Position numbers and translations under genes: made by a program. The notes under the pieces were generated by a model. It searched no databases. It was not told the origin of the DNA and saw only the letters and a list, made by a program, of their open reading frames with translations. Of a DNA stretch of 46,457 nt, positions 1 through 8,106 are shown one piece after another; positions within the stretch are counted from its first letter, which is position 1; the number at the start of each line of letters is the position of its first letter. The stretch is from positions 1 through 46,457 of the IMG/VR virus record IMGVR_UViG_3300044453_000128. One strand, 5' to 3'. The stretch comes from a virus. Its lineage: Duplodnaviria > Caudoviricetes.

Positions 1-130
1 GACATCTGTCTTTACAAGAAGGTTCTTGCTATCTCGCTTCACAGTATATAAACAAAGATTCAGAATGAGGAATGGCTGGTAAAGCAGCCGTGAGGTATGC
101 ATGCAAGTTAAGTTTTTCCCAGAGTTCACC
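1..130. repeat. Terminal direct repeat, left copy (circular contig overlap)
   Basis: 1-130 matches 46328-46457 with one mismatch (C127 vs T46454). Confidence 0.95.
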
Positions 131-664
131 AGCCCGATGGATTTCATTACCGATTTTCTTGAGTCCAAAAAGGGCATGACAATTTCGGACTTGGGCGAAA
201 AGGCGAAGGTCCCAAAGTCGACGCTATTTGTCGGCCTTTCAGCGGACAGCACGCGCTGTATCAATAATGAAAACGCCAGGAAGCTGGCTAAGGCAATGCG
301 GTTAAGCAAAGAAGATGCTGAAAAATTCATTTGGCTCTGCTGGTGGGATGGCGTTGTTAAAAGGGATGACTCTGGGCATTCGGCGGTACTACGCGGGGCG
401 TTAGTCGCGTCTTTTGGTGAAGACCTTGGAATTGCCGACTTAAACCCTCGGGAAAAGGGCATTGAAGCGTTGCTTCGCCGCGAGAGACTCGTTGCGGAGC
501 GCGAGCGAATCGCGAGCGAGCGCGAGGCTCTTTTGGCTGAGCGCGACAGCACTCTGACGAAGGAGACGGGAGCGCTCACGGAGCGCGAGAAGATCATCCT
601 CGAGAGGGAGCGGGGCATTGAGGATCGCCTGAAGGGCCTCCGTAGGTTGATGAAGGACGTCTAG
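101..664 (+). CDS. XRE-like HTH regulator with C-terminal coiled coil
   Basis: N-terminal MTISDLGEKAKVPKSTLF resembles an HTH; C-terminus has ERE-rich heptads; GAGGT upstream of ATG; divergent from the early operon across the circular junction. Confidence 0.65.
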   Translation: MQVKFFPEFTSPMDFITDFLESKKGMTISDLGEKAKVPKSTLFVGLSADSTRCINNENARKLAKAMRLSKEDAEKFIWLCWWDGVVKRDDSGHSAVLRGALVASFGEDLGIADLNPREKGIEALLRRERLVAERERIASEREALLAERDSTLTKETGALTEREKIILERERGIEDRLKGLRRLMKDV

Positions 665-761
665 GGGAAGGCCAACCTTGGGCTCAGAAAAAAAAGACAT
701 GAGTTCTCCAGTCAGGGTCGCCCCTGATTTTAAAAAATTAAATTTTAGTTTTACTTTTGGC

Positions 762-932
762 CTACTTAGGCCGGCTCGACTTGTCCCGGTGCTTCTCTGC
801 ATCGGGTTCAGACTTCAGCGGCATTTTGCTTATTTGAAACAATGCCTTGGCTGCTTCTTCAAGCGGCGGAGTGTCGGCAGACCGCTTCGAGAAGATAATT
901 CGAACCGGCGTTTTGGCGAGAGATTGCTTCAT
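762..932 (-). CDS. Small hypothetical protein, 56 aa (MKQSLAKTPVRIIFSKRS...), not in the ORF track
   Basis: Its ATG overlaps the stop of the upstream Cro-like gene (ATGA); frame is open to TAG at 762-764. Confidence 0.5.
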   Translation of the reverse strand: MKQSLAKTPVRIIFSKRSADTPPLEEAAKALFQISKMPLKSEPDAEKHRDKSSRPK

Positions 933-1231
933 TGCTGCACCTGGCTTTCGCTGGTGTTGTCGCTGTTGGCTTCGATGGCCGCACGAAGTCGTTTGACCTC
1001 GGCAAGGCGCTCAGCCTCTTCACGGAGATAGATGGGGTGGTCGTAGTAGCCAAGAACTTTGCGCAGGGCTTCTCGGGGGCCGTATCGGCTGGGCCATAAG
1101 TTGGTGGAGTAAGCCCGGTGGACCGTGAGGTAATTGATGCCAGCCTCTTGTGCGATCATTTTAATCGGTTTGCCAATCTCTTCTATCAGACTCAACGGTC
1201 TCGGCTGTTTTTCCTGCTGTGTTTTGCTCAT
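929..1231 (-). CDS. Cro-like HTH protein
   Basis: PIKMIAQEAGINYLTVHRAY is HTH-like; gene is divergent from the CI-like gene; likely start ATG 1231. Confidence 0.65.
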   Translation of the reverse strand: MSKTQQEKQPRPLSLIEEIGKPIKMIAQEAGINYLTVHRAYSTNLWPSRYGPREALRKVLGYYDHPIYLREEAERLAEVKRLRAAIEANSDNTSESQVQQ

Positions 1232-1337
1232 GTCAAAACTGTGTATAAAAAGTAGATTCGTCAAGACAAAAAGTTTATTATAGCTTTATCTGCTTATTTT
1301 TCATTTACTTATACTGGTCAACCTCTATATACCGTCT
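1232..1337. promoter_or_regulatory. cro/cI divergent control region
   Basis: AT-rich 106-bp gap between divergent HTH genes; TTGACG on the minus strand at 1259-1264; no Shine-Dalgarno before the cI GTG, so possibly leaderless. Operators not resolved. Confidence 0.5.
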
Positions 1338-2243
1338 GTGTCTAGCTTAAAGATTAGGGCCAAAAAGGGTCTGAGAGCCTTTGGCTTAAAACAAAAAGAT
1401 ATCGCCGATGCTCTCGGTTTGTCACCTCCAAGTGTCTATCTTGTGCTTGGAGGCAGGGGTGAATCACAGTCGGTTATAGCAAAAACAGCGGAAATGATTC
1501 AGTGCTCGGTTGAGTGGTTGCGGTACGGTACCGGCGAACCCCCATCCTGGGCATCTAACGACCCCGACATTCTGACTAGTGAGCGGATAAGTACTGGAAT
1601 CAAAGAACTTTACGGAAGCGTTGAGGCAGCATCATTAAACTCGACAATGTCTGTCGAGGAGATAAACCAATACATGGATAACAGGTTTGAGGATTCAAAC
1701 GAATACCTGTATCCCGCTGTTTTGGTTAAGGCATCAAAACAATGGATCCTGAGGGGTTTTGGTGATCCACCTGAGTGGGCTAAGGCATATCCACACCTGA
1801 CCCAGCCTAAGCGCAAGCCAACTCCAGAATCAGACGTTGAGGTATATCACGAGAAGCGATTAAGGGTTGGCTCCCATGAGATGCGAATTCCAGTTGGCGG
1901 GACAGTTACCGCAGGGAGCGGTTGGTCACATAACGATGATGAAGATGGAGTCTCAATTAAGGTCCCATCGGGCCTCATTGCGGTAAAGATCGAGGGGCAG
2001 AGCGCTGAGCCGCTTGTTGAAGATGGGCAGTATGTCCTGGCAGACCCCAATATCGATACCTCTGACATACCAATTGATGCCATTGTTGTTGTGCAGACGC
2101 CTCTCAACGAGGCTTACTGCAAGCGATTTAGCGGCATGAAGAATGGTAACCTTTTCTTAACTAGCGTTAATCAGGGGCGTGGTAGCATTATCGTCGATGA
2201 CGAGGGTTGTCGGGTCATGCAAGTCGTGGGCGTGCTCTTCTGA
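1338..2243 (+). CDS. cI: CI/LexA-like repressor with S24 autopeptidase domain
   Basis: N-terminal HTH (LKQKDIADALGLSPPSVYLVL...EWLRYGTG); Ala-Gly cleavage site (VTAG); catalytic Ser (GQSAEP) and Lys (YCKRF). Confidence 0.9.
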   Translation: MSSLKIRAKKGLRAFGLKQKDIADALGLSPPSVYLVLGGRGESQSVIAKTAEMIQCSVEWLRYGTGEPPSWASNDPDILTSERISTGIKELYGSVEAASLNSTMSVEEINQYMDNRFEDSNEYLYPAVLVKASKQWILRGFGDPPEWAKAYPHLTQPKRKPTPESDVEVYHEKRLRVGSHEMRIPVGGTVTAGSGWSHNDDEDGVSIKVPSGLIAVKIEGQSAEPLVEDGQYVLADPNIDTSDIPIDAIVVVQTPLNEAYCKRFSGMKNGNLFLTSVNQGRGSIIVDDEGCRVMQVVGVLF

Positions 2244-2264
2244 GCAATTTCCACAATTCATAAG

Positions 2265-2894
2265 GTGAATTCGCAAGTTATGAATGGCATTAAGAAAATC
2301 ATTGAAAACATTGTGTTGTTTGTTTTCGTGGCCTCGTTACCCGCGGCATTCGTCATTTTTAACATGTATCATGATTCCAGTCCAGCTTACGAAACAGTAA
2401 TCATTCCGGAGAACGATCATCATTTCAAGGTAGAAATTGATTACAGCCCATACTCAGAAGCGGCTATTTTCATGAAAAGCGAAGAGTCGTTTATCAAGGC
2501 AATTGACCGGTCTTTATTTCAAGGCCTCTCAGTTGGTATGAACCCTGATGATGTGGAAGATGACCTAAAGGTTGTTGGCTCCATTGAATACTGGGGGTAC
2601 CCATCATTTGGTGATGCCTTCTTGATCCCATTAGAGTCTGGAAGGTTAATGTTTCAGGTTGACGAAACACTACCTGAAGACCGAGCGAAAATAAACTTAA
2701 TCACTGATGTAATACTTGAGCCGACATCCATGAATCTGAAGGACATAGTTAATCAAGATATCATATCTAAAGCCCCTGACGATTGGTCACCCGAATCATT
2801 AGTTATTTGGGGCATCGGAGATAGCCAAAAGCAGTTTTACCACATCAGTTTTAACGGCAATTTTGTAGAGAGCGTCACATGGGGTATAGAGTGA
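2265..2894 (+). CDS. Membrane-anchored hypothetical protein (cargo A)
   Basis: One N-terminal hydrophobic helix followed by an acidic soluble domain; AT-rich; start 2265 or 2280. Confidence 0.7.
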   Translation: MNSQVMNGIKKIIENIVLFVFVASLPAAFVIFNMYHDSSPAYETVIIPENDHHFKVEIDYSPYSEAAIFMKSEESFIKAIDRSLFQGLSVGMNPDDVEDDLKVVGSIEYWGYPSFGDAFLIPLESGRLMFQVDETLPEDRAKINLITDVILEPTSMNLKDIVNQDIISKAPDDWSPESLVIWGIGDSQKQFYHISFNGNFVESVTWGIE

Positions 2895-3001
2895 AATTAT
2901 CAGCAACACTGGATATTTCATGATTTACAAAGAAAGGCTGAAATGGGAGGATCTTAAGTTATGATAGGTGCTCTAACCAGGTGGTTCATGTTCGGTGTCG
3001 T

Positions 3002-3214
3002 TATGTTTTGGCTGACCCGAGCAAAAGCACCTTTGACATACCTATTGATGCAATTGTGGTTGTGCAAACACCAGACAACTCTGCCTACTGCAAGCGATTC
3101 AGCGGCATGAAAGACGGCAGCCTTTTTTTAACAAGCGTGAACCAGGGCGTGGGAAGTGTCATCGTCGATGCCGAAGGCTGTCGGGTCATGCAAGTCGTGG
3201 GAGTGCTTTTTTGA
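3002..3214 (+). pseudogene. Diverged copy of the cI 3' end (last 70 codons)
   Basis: Colinear with 2031-2243; 59/70 aa identical by hand alignment, with many synonymous changes; no HTH and no catalytic Ser. Confidence 0.9.
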
Positions 3215-3217
3215 ATC

Positions 3218-4498
3218 ATGTATAAAGTAATTTGCAATAAGCCAATATATTTTGATAGGATACGAGCAGAGACGTTTATTGCTGAAAAATACAACGCTTT
3301 GGATGTTATTGAACGGTTTGGCCTTTGGATCGAAAGTATCAATGGAGAGGTGCCTATCGTAAAGCATATGAATGAGCAGTTGGAAAAGATGAGCCAAGAA
3401 GAGCTGGAGGACTTCTGCAAGAACAATTACTTTATTGAATATAGCGATGATGAGGCCGAGGTTGAACTGCCATATGTATTATTCGATGCTTTGGATGTGA
3501 ATAAGATTGGCTTTTTTGTCAAAAAGACAGACGACGGTGTCTGTGTGGCGGCCACTCGTGAAGCGCTTAATTATTCTGATGGATCATTCCGAATTGAAGG
3601 AGTAATTCAAATAGAGGGTACTTTAAGAAGCCTTTTCATAAAAACCTGGGATGATTGTTTTGAGATCAATTCAGACGGTGTAACTTCTCAGTTGCTGGGT
3701 GATCTTGGCACCGGTTCTACCGATGAACCAAAATCAACAGCTTCAGGCCATCCCGGTTCCTATTTTGCGACGATGGTTGCAACAGAAAGATTCATTAAAG
3801 ATTTGTTGCAAATAGAAAAGGAAACCTTAGGGAAAAATCCAGCAGACCTCCTAACTTCTGACCTCGACTTTGAGAATTACGGCAAGCGCCTGACTTCTAT
3901 CTTTATGGGTACCCGTGAAATACTGGATAAAGCTGATGAGGGTGATCCGTCGCTAATGCCGGCAAGAATCTGTGGGTTGGCTGCGATTCGCCTTTCTTTT
4001 ATGATGGCGGGACTCCAGCTAAAAACAGAGGGGCAACCTGGAACAAGTTGGTCAGAGCAAAATGATCTATTATATGAATACAGGCATTTGATGAATCTGC
4101 TAGAGAAGTCGTGGAACAATAAAAATAAACTAAACGAAAACGATATCCAAGTTTTAAATGAAATGGTAGATAAAACCACGGCTCAACTAAAGGGTGATTT
4201 AAATAAAAATGTTGCTGTAATCAGCTTTAAGCCTTACTTCTTTTCCGGTATTATTGCAATGGCAACATGTAACCTGCTTTTTATGCAGGAAAGTAAAAGC
4301 CGAGGGTATTCCGACCTAACGTGGGATAATTTTGGTTTTTTGGGTGCTGCGTTCTTTACCATGCCTCCCTTCTTAATAACGGTAGCCATGTGTCGTTTTG
4401 CATTTGATCACCGAGAAGGTTTATCGTGGCACTTTTTGTCATGTTATCTTGGCGTAATTGTGGCTCTTTTCGTGAATCAATTTGCACTGGGGATATGA
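3218..4498 (+). CDS. Hypothetical protein with about 3 C-terminal TM helices (cargo B)
   Basis: 426-aa ORF starting 3 nt after the stop of the cI-tail copy; hydrophobic C-terminus; AT-rich. Confidence 0.75.
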   Translation: MYKVICNKPIYFDRIRAETFIAEKYNALDVIERFGLWIESINGEVPIVKHMNEQLEKMSQEELEDFCKNNYFIEYSDDEAEVELPYVLFDALDVNKIGFFVKKTDDGVCVAATREALNYSDGSFRIEGVIQIEGTLRSLFIKTWDDCFEINSDGVTSQLLGDLGTGSTDEPKSTASGHPGSYFATMVATERFIKDLLQIEKETLGKNPADLLTSDLDFENYGKRLTSIFMGTREILDKADEGDPSLMPARICGLAAIRLSFMMAGLQLKTEGQPGTSWSEQNDLLYEYRHLMNLLEKSWNNKNKLNENDIQVLNEMVDKTTAQLKGDLNKNVAVISFKPYFFSGIIAMATCNLLFMQESKSRGYSDLTWDNFGFLGAAFFTMPPFLITVAMCRFAFDHREGLSWHFLSCYLGVIVALFVNQFALGI

Positions 4499-4535
4499 TA
4501 GGTTGAAACTCTTTGCACCGATATTTGAGGGCCGA

Positions 4536-4675
4536 TCAACGAGGCTTACTGCAGGCGATTTAGCGGCATGAAGAATGGTAACCTTTTCTTAACTAGCGTT
4601 AACCAGGGGCGTGGTAGCATTATCGTCGATGACGAGGGTTGTCGGGTCATGCAAGTCGTGGGGGTACTCTTTTGA
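4536..4675 (+). pseudogene. Near-identical copy of the cI 3' end (140 bp)
   Basis: 135/140 identical to 2104-2243; its TGA overlaps the next ATG (TGATG). Confidence 0.92.
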
Positions 4676-5082
4676 TGGATATATTCGTTAAATCACTTCG
4701 CTACATAATATTTGCCCCTGTGGCGATTGCTGTTGGGTTTATATTAGAACGACTTTTCTTTCTATGGTCTATGAGTGCTATCTATGGCACCGGCCAACCG
4801 TCATATGGGTTTTATGCTTTCCCTACTGCAATCGTGGCAGCTTTGTTTGGCTCAACCGTTATTATTCTGCTCGCAGCCAAGATCGCACCAGCAAATAAGC
4901 ATTATGCAATAATAATAGCGGGCTCTATTCATTTAGCTTTACTCCTTGCTGCTTTCTCTGTTGGAATTCATATTCAAGAAGGGGTAATGTACTTCATTGT
5001 TCTAGCGGCGAAGGTGATAGGCACTTTCCTAACTGCTGCAGCATTTTTTGTTAACTTTAATAATGACGGCACTTCGAAGTGA
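4675..5082 (+). CDS. Integral membrane protein, about 4 TM (cargo C)
   Basis: ATG 4675 is coupled to the repeat's stop; protein is almost wholly hydrophobic. Confidence 0.75.
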   Translation: MDIFVKSLRYIIFAPVAIAVGFILERLFFLWSMSAIYGTGQPSYGFYAFPTAIVAALFGSTVIILLAAKIAPANKHYAIIIAGSIHLALLLAAFSVGIHIQEGVMYFIVLAAKVIGTFLTAAAFFVNFNNDGTSK

Positions 5083-5104
5083 TTTGATTGATGAGGAACA
5101 CTCA

Positions 5105-5659
5105 ATGGCAAGCGGATTATTTCAGCTTCTTTCTCTATTGCTTTTTCTTCTGTTTGCATCGCTTATTGCGTATGTAACGCTCAATAGCGTTGAGGTTTCA
5201 TCAAGCAGAACAATGGCCGATGTCTACCCATATGCTCGTTTAATTGTTGCGAACTTTGGATTTGCTGTGGTCTGTGGATTATTGTATGGATATAGGTATT
5301 TTTCTAATTTGTCTTCAAAGTCCGAGGGTTTTCATGACGGGAAACGAGGCGATGTGAGGTATTGCGCAAGCCCAGTAGGATTCATGGATGTGTTCTATTT
5401 CTTGCATTTTTCGGTCGCAATGAACTTCATTCTATTTCCAGCACCTTTGCTTGAGGGTCTGAGTTTAGAACATTTTCGGGATGTAATTCTCCCCTTGATT
5501 GCAGGCGTAATAGTATTAACGGTTCCATGGTTCCTTCACTCAGCTAATTATCCATACCCATCAAGCTATGTCGGCTGGGAGTCATTTAAGTGCAACCTTT
5601 GGTCATTAGCGATATTCGTGGTGTTTAAATTGTTTTTTGGTTTTATCTTTGGTTGGTAG
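5105..5659 (+). CDS. Integral membrane protein, about 5 TM (cargo D)
   Basis: GAGGA upstream of ATG 5105; multiple hydrophobic segments. Confidence 0.7.
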   Translation: MASGLFQLLSLLLFLLFASLIAYVTLNSVEVSSSRTMADVYPYARLIVANFGFAVVCGLLYGYRYFSNLSSKSEGFHDGKRGDVRYCASPVGFMDVFYFLHFSVAMNFILFPAPLLEGLSLEHFRDVILPLIAGVIVLTVPWFLHSANYPYPSSYVGWESFKCNLWSLAIFVVFKLFFGFIFGW

Positions 5660-5665
5660 TGTCCC

Positions 5666-7222
5666 GTGAAAGCCAAAGTCTCCACTCCAAGTCCCTGGAT
5701 AATCTACTGTCGTGTCTCCACTGAGGATCAGGCCCAAGGTGGCGTTAGCCTCGATGCACAGCTAAGCGCCTGTCGTGCCTGGGCAACGCTGAAGGGAGTT
5801 GAGGTTGCAGAGGAGATAATCGACGCGGGGCAATCTGCGAAGACTCTCAAGCGACCAGGAATGCAACGCCTGCTCAAGATGATTGAGGACGGCACCGTTG
5901 CTGGTGTTATCGCATGGCGACTTGACCGGTTAACGCGCTCGATTCGAGACTTGGTGACGCTGCTTGACTTATTGGGTCAATCTCGGGGTCTAGTGAGTGC
6001 AAGCGAACAACTCGACACAACGAGTGCAATGGGGCGCTTTGTCGTGCATATGCTTGGGGCCATCGCGCAGTGGGAGCGTGAGACCATTGGCGATCGAACG
6101 CGCATGGCTCGTCAGCACATCCAATCCCTTGGCTACTTTGCCGGTGGTAAGATTCCACCTGGCTTGGCCATCGAAAACGAGGGAGAACGCAAGCGGCTCA
6201 TTCGTGGGGAATATGCAGAGATATTAGAACGCATGTGGCCAATGGTTCTTGATGGCGACTCCATGGGAGACATTGCACGAGCGATGGAAGCTGCCGGCGT
6301 GCCGGGAAAATGGCCAACCGTGCGAGTTAACAATCTGCTAAAGTCACGACAGTACATCGGCCTGCTCGTTGATGAGTCAACGTACGAATCAGTGATCGCA
6401 CACCTCAAAACCAAGCAGAATCCTCAACGAAGGAAGGCAGCCGTGAAGATTGAACGATCACCAAAGCGCGAGTCGCCACTGAAGGGCTTGGTGCGCTGCC
6501 CAACATGCGGAAAGGCTATGGTGCAAGTAACGGCCAAAGGGCGCTCCGAGACCTACAATTACTTTCGTTGTACCGATAAAGCTAAGCAGATTTGCAGCCA
6601 AAAGGATATTCGATGCGAGAATGTCGAGGAACGGATCATAGGCGCCATATCTGAGGCGATCACGGGTGGGGCATACTTGGATGCCCTCGAGAAGGAGTTA
6701 GCGCCTCTGCGTGGCGCAGGGGCCAAGTACCAAGAAGAACTAACGGCATTGCTCTCCGAGAAAGAGCAACTTGCGGCACGTATCCGTGATTTGAGCCTCC
6801 ATGGTCCGCGGCCGGGAAGCGAAGCCTGGAAAATGTCGACAACCCCACTCTTTGAGCGAGCTGATGAACTTGGCCTGGAGATTGCGCGCTGCGAAGGATC
6901 GATTGCTGCGATTGGAATAGACAAGCAAGGCACTGAATGGGCGATGGAGGTCATCACGGATGCACTTGAACGACTCAAAAGGCCCGAGGTTATTGAGGAT
7001 CAAACAACCCTCCTTGAACATCAAAAGCAGGTTTTTTCCAGCATAATCAAGCAAGTGACCCCTGGCGGCAAAGAGGTTATTCTAGAGTTGTTTCTGCCCG
7101 AAAATGCAATCACCCCCGCCGGTGGCGAGGGTGAAGCAAAGACTTCTGGTTCGTTTAGAAGTCAAATTTGGCTCGGCGGAGTTAGTGGAAAACGAACCGT
7201 TTTGGTTCGAGTTGCAAGATAG
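5666..7222 (+). CDS. int: Large serine recombinase (phage integrase)
   Basis: IYCRVSTEDQ catalytic motif, RPGM and RLDRLTR motifs, recombinase domain, zinc ribbon (CPTCG...YFRC...C) and coiled coil. Confidence 0.95.
   Translation: MKAKVSTPSPWIIYCRVSTEDQAQGGVSLDAQLSACRAWATLKGVEVAEEIIDAGQSAKTLKRPGMQRLLKMIEDGTVAGVIAWRLDRLTRSIRDLVTLLDLLGQSRGLVSASEQLDTTSAMGRFVVHMLGAIAQWERETIGDRTRMARQHIQSLGYFAGGKIPPGLAIENEGERKRLIRGEYAEILERMWPMVLDGDSMGDIARAMEAAGVPGKWPTVRVNNLLKSRQYIGLLVDESTYESVIAHLKTKQNPQRRKAAVKIERSPKRESPLKGLVRCPTCGKAMVQVTAKGRSETYNYFRCTDKAKQICSQKDIRCENVEERIIGAISEAITGGAYLDALEKELAPLRGAGAKYQEELTALLSEKEQLAARIRDLSLHGPRPGSEAWKMSTTPLFERADELGLEIARCEGSIAAIGIDKQGTEWAMEVITDALERLKRPEVIEDQTTLLEHQKQVFSSIIKQVTPGGKEVILELFLPENAITPAGGEGEAKTSGSFRSQIWLGGVSGKRTVLVRVAR
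7148..7198. other. Candidate attP inside the integrase 3' end
   Basis: Inverted repeat GGTTCGTTT (7148-7156) / AAACGAACC (7190-7198) spanning 51 bp around TGGCTC, the reverse complement of a tRNA-like 3' end GAGCCA. Confidence 0.6.
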
Positions 7223-7262
7223 ACTACAGGCACAGTAAAAACTTGAGCCTCCTAAGTTTAGC

Positions 7263-7685
7263 ATCAATAATATTCAGCACGCGAAACGAATCATTACTTG
7301 ATAAGCTATCGGACATGAAATCCAACGACCAACATTCATTGGGTGCAACCGGCACCGTGAGCGGGATTGGATTGCGATTTGGCAATCATTTCTTTGGTTT
7401 GATCCGTAAGTTCAGCTCCAGTTTCTTATAGACGCGATACACGCGTTTATGGTTCCAGGTGTAGCCTTGGTTGCGTATCCAAGCGTACATCAGTCCAAAT
7501 CCCCAACGAACGTGGGTCGCTGCCAGACGCAGTAACACGTCCTCAAGATTGCTATCCTTCCCAGTGTCGGGCACATGCCGATAACAGCCTTCGCTAATGG
7601 TAAACAGCCTGCAAGAGCGTCGTGCAGCAATCTTTCGATCAGCTACAGTAGCCTGGGCCAGCTCGCGACGCTCACCAGGCTTCAC
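7263..7685 (-). pseudogene. IS3 transposase OrfB, nonsense-interrupted and truncated
   Basis: WNHKRVYRVY motif; in-frame TGA at 7386-7388; frame continues PNECWSLDFMSD...RVLNIID and then breaks off. Confidence 0.88.
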
Positions 7686-7948
7686 AACTTTTTTTCGATC
7701 ACCTCCCGCAGGATGTCGCAGTCCATTTGGCTATCAGCATACATCTTCTTCAATCGTTGGTTTTCAGCTTCCAGCTCTTTCATTCGCTTGATCAGCGAAG
7801 CGTCCATACCGCCAAATTTCGAGCGCCATTTGTAAAATGAGGCTTGGCTCACGCTATGCTTCCGGCAGACATCAGCAACGCTGACACCGCCTTCGGCTTC
7901 CTTTAAAATGGCACAAATCTGTGATTCGGTAAAACGGCTTTTCTTCAT
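7682..7948 (-). CDS. IS3 transposase OrfA
   Basis: MKKSRFTESQI...FYKWRSKFGGM...ELEAENQRLKK signature. Confidence 0.95.
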   Translation of the reverse strand: MKKSRFTESQICAILKEAEGGVSVADVCRKHSVSQASFYKWRSKFGGMDASLIKRMKELEAENQRLKKMYADSQMDCDILREVIEKKL

Positions 7949-8106
7949 GAGATAAGTCTCCTGACCCGATCGGGTCGTCTAGGGTGAAACTCTCTACTTC
8001 GAGATGCGTTACGTTTTAGGGAGGACTATACCTCAAAATGAAGTTTTTCAAAGGTTAGCCAAACTATGGGATTGTAAACAATTTAGTTTTATAAAGATTT
8101 CCGCCA

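Larger units (their letters stand above)
7263..8030 (-). mobile_element. Truncated IS3-family element (IS407-group-like)
   Basis: orfA plus partial orfB, A7G slippery site at 7688-7695, probable left end near 8030; orfB homology stops after FRVLNIID and no right IR is visible. Confidence 0.88.

Noticed and set aside
440-1053. ORFs 440..802, 678..1031 and 859..1053
   Set aside because: They overlap better-supported genes (101-664, 762-932, 929-1231) and lack recognisable features.
4639-4674. ORF-track start of cargo C at 4639
   Set aside because: It lies within the cI-tail repeat; ATG 4675 coupled to the repeat's stop is more plausible.
2104-4675. cI tail repeats as a diversity-generating retroelement TR/VR pair
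   Set aside because: No reverse transcriptase is recognisable, and the mismatches are mostly synonymous third-position changes rather than adenine-specific.
7140-7222. tRNA gene
   Set aside because: Only short tRNA-like motifs are present and no cloverleaf forms; better explained as attP.
5666-7222. Integrase as the enzyme acting on the attC array
   Set aside because: It is a serine recombinase, whereas attC hairpins are substrates of IntI tyrosine recombinases.
7963-7976. 14-bp perfect palindrome GACCCGATCGGGTC
   Set aside because: Single occurrence inside the IS leader; no evidence of a phage-level role.
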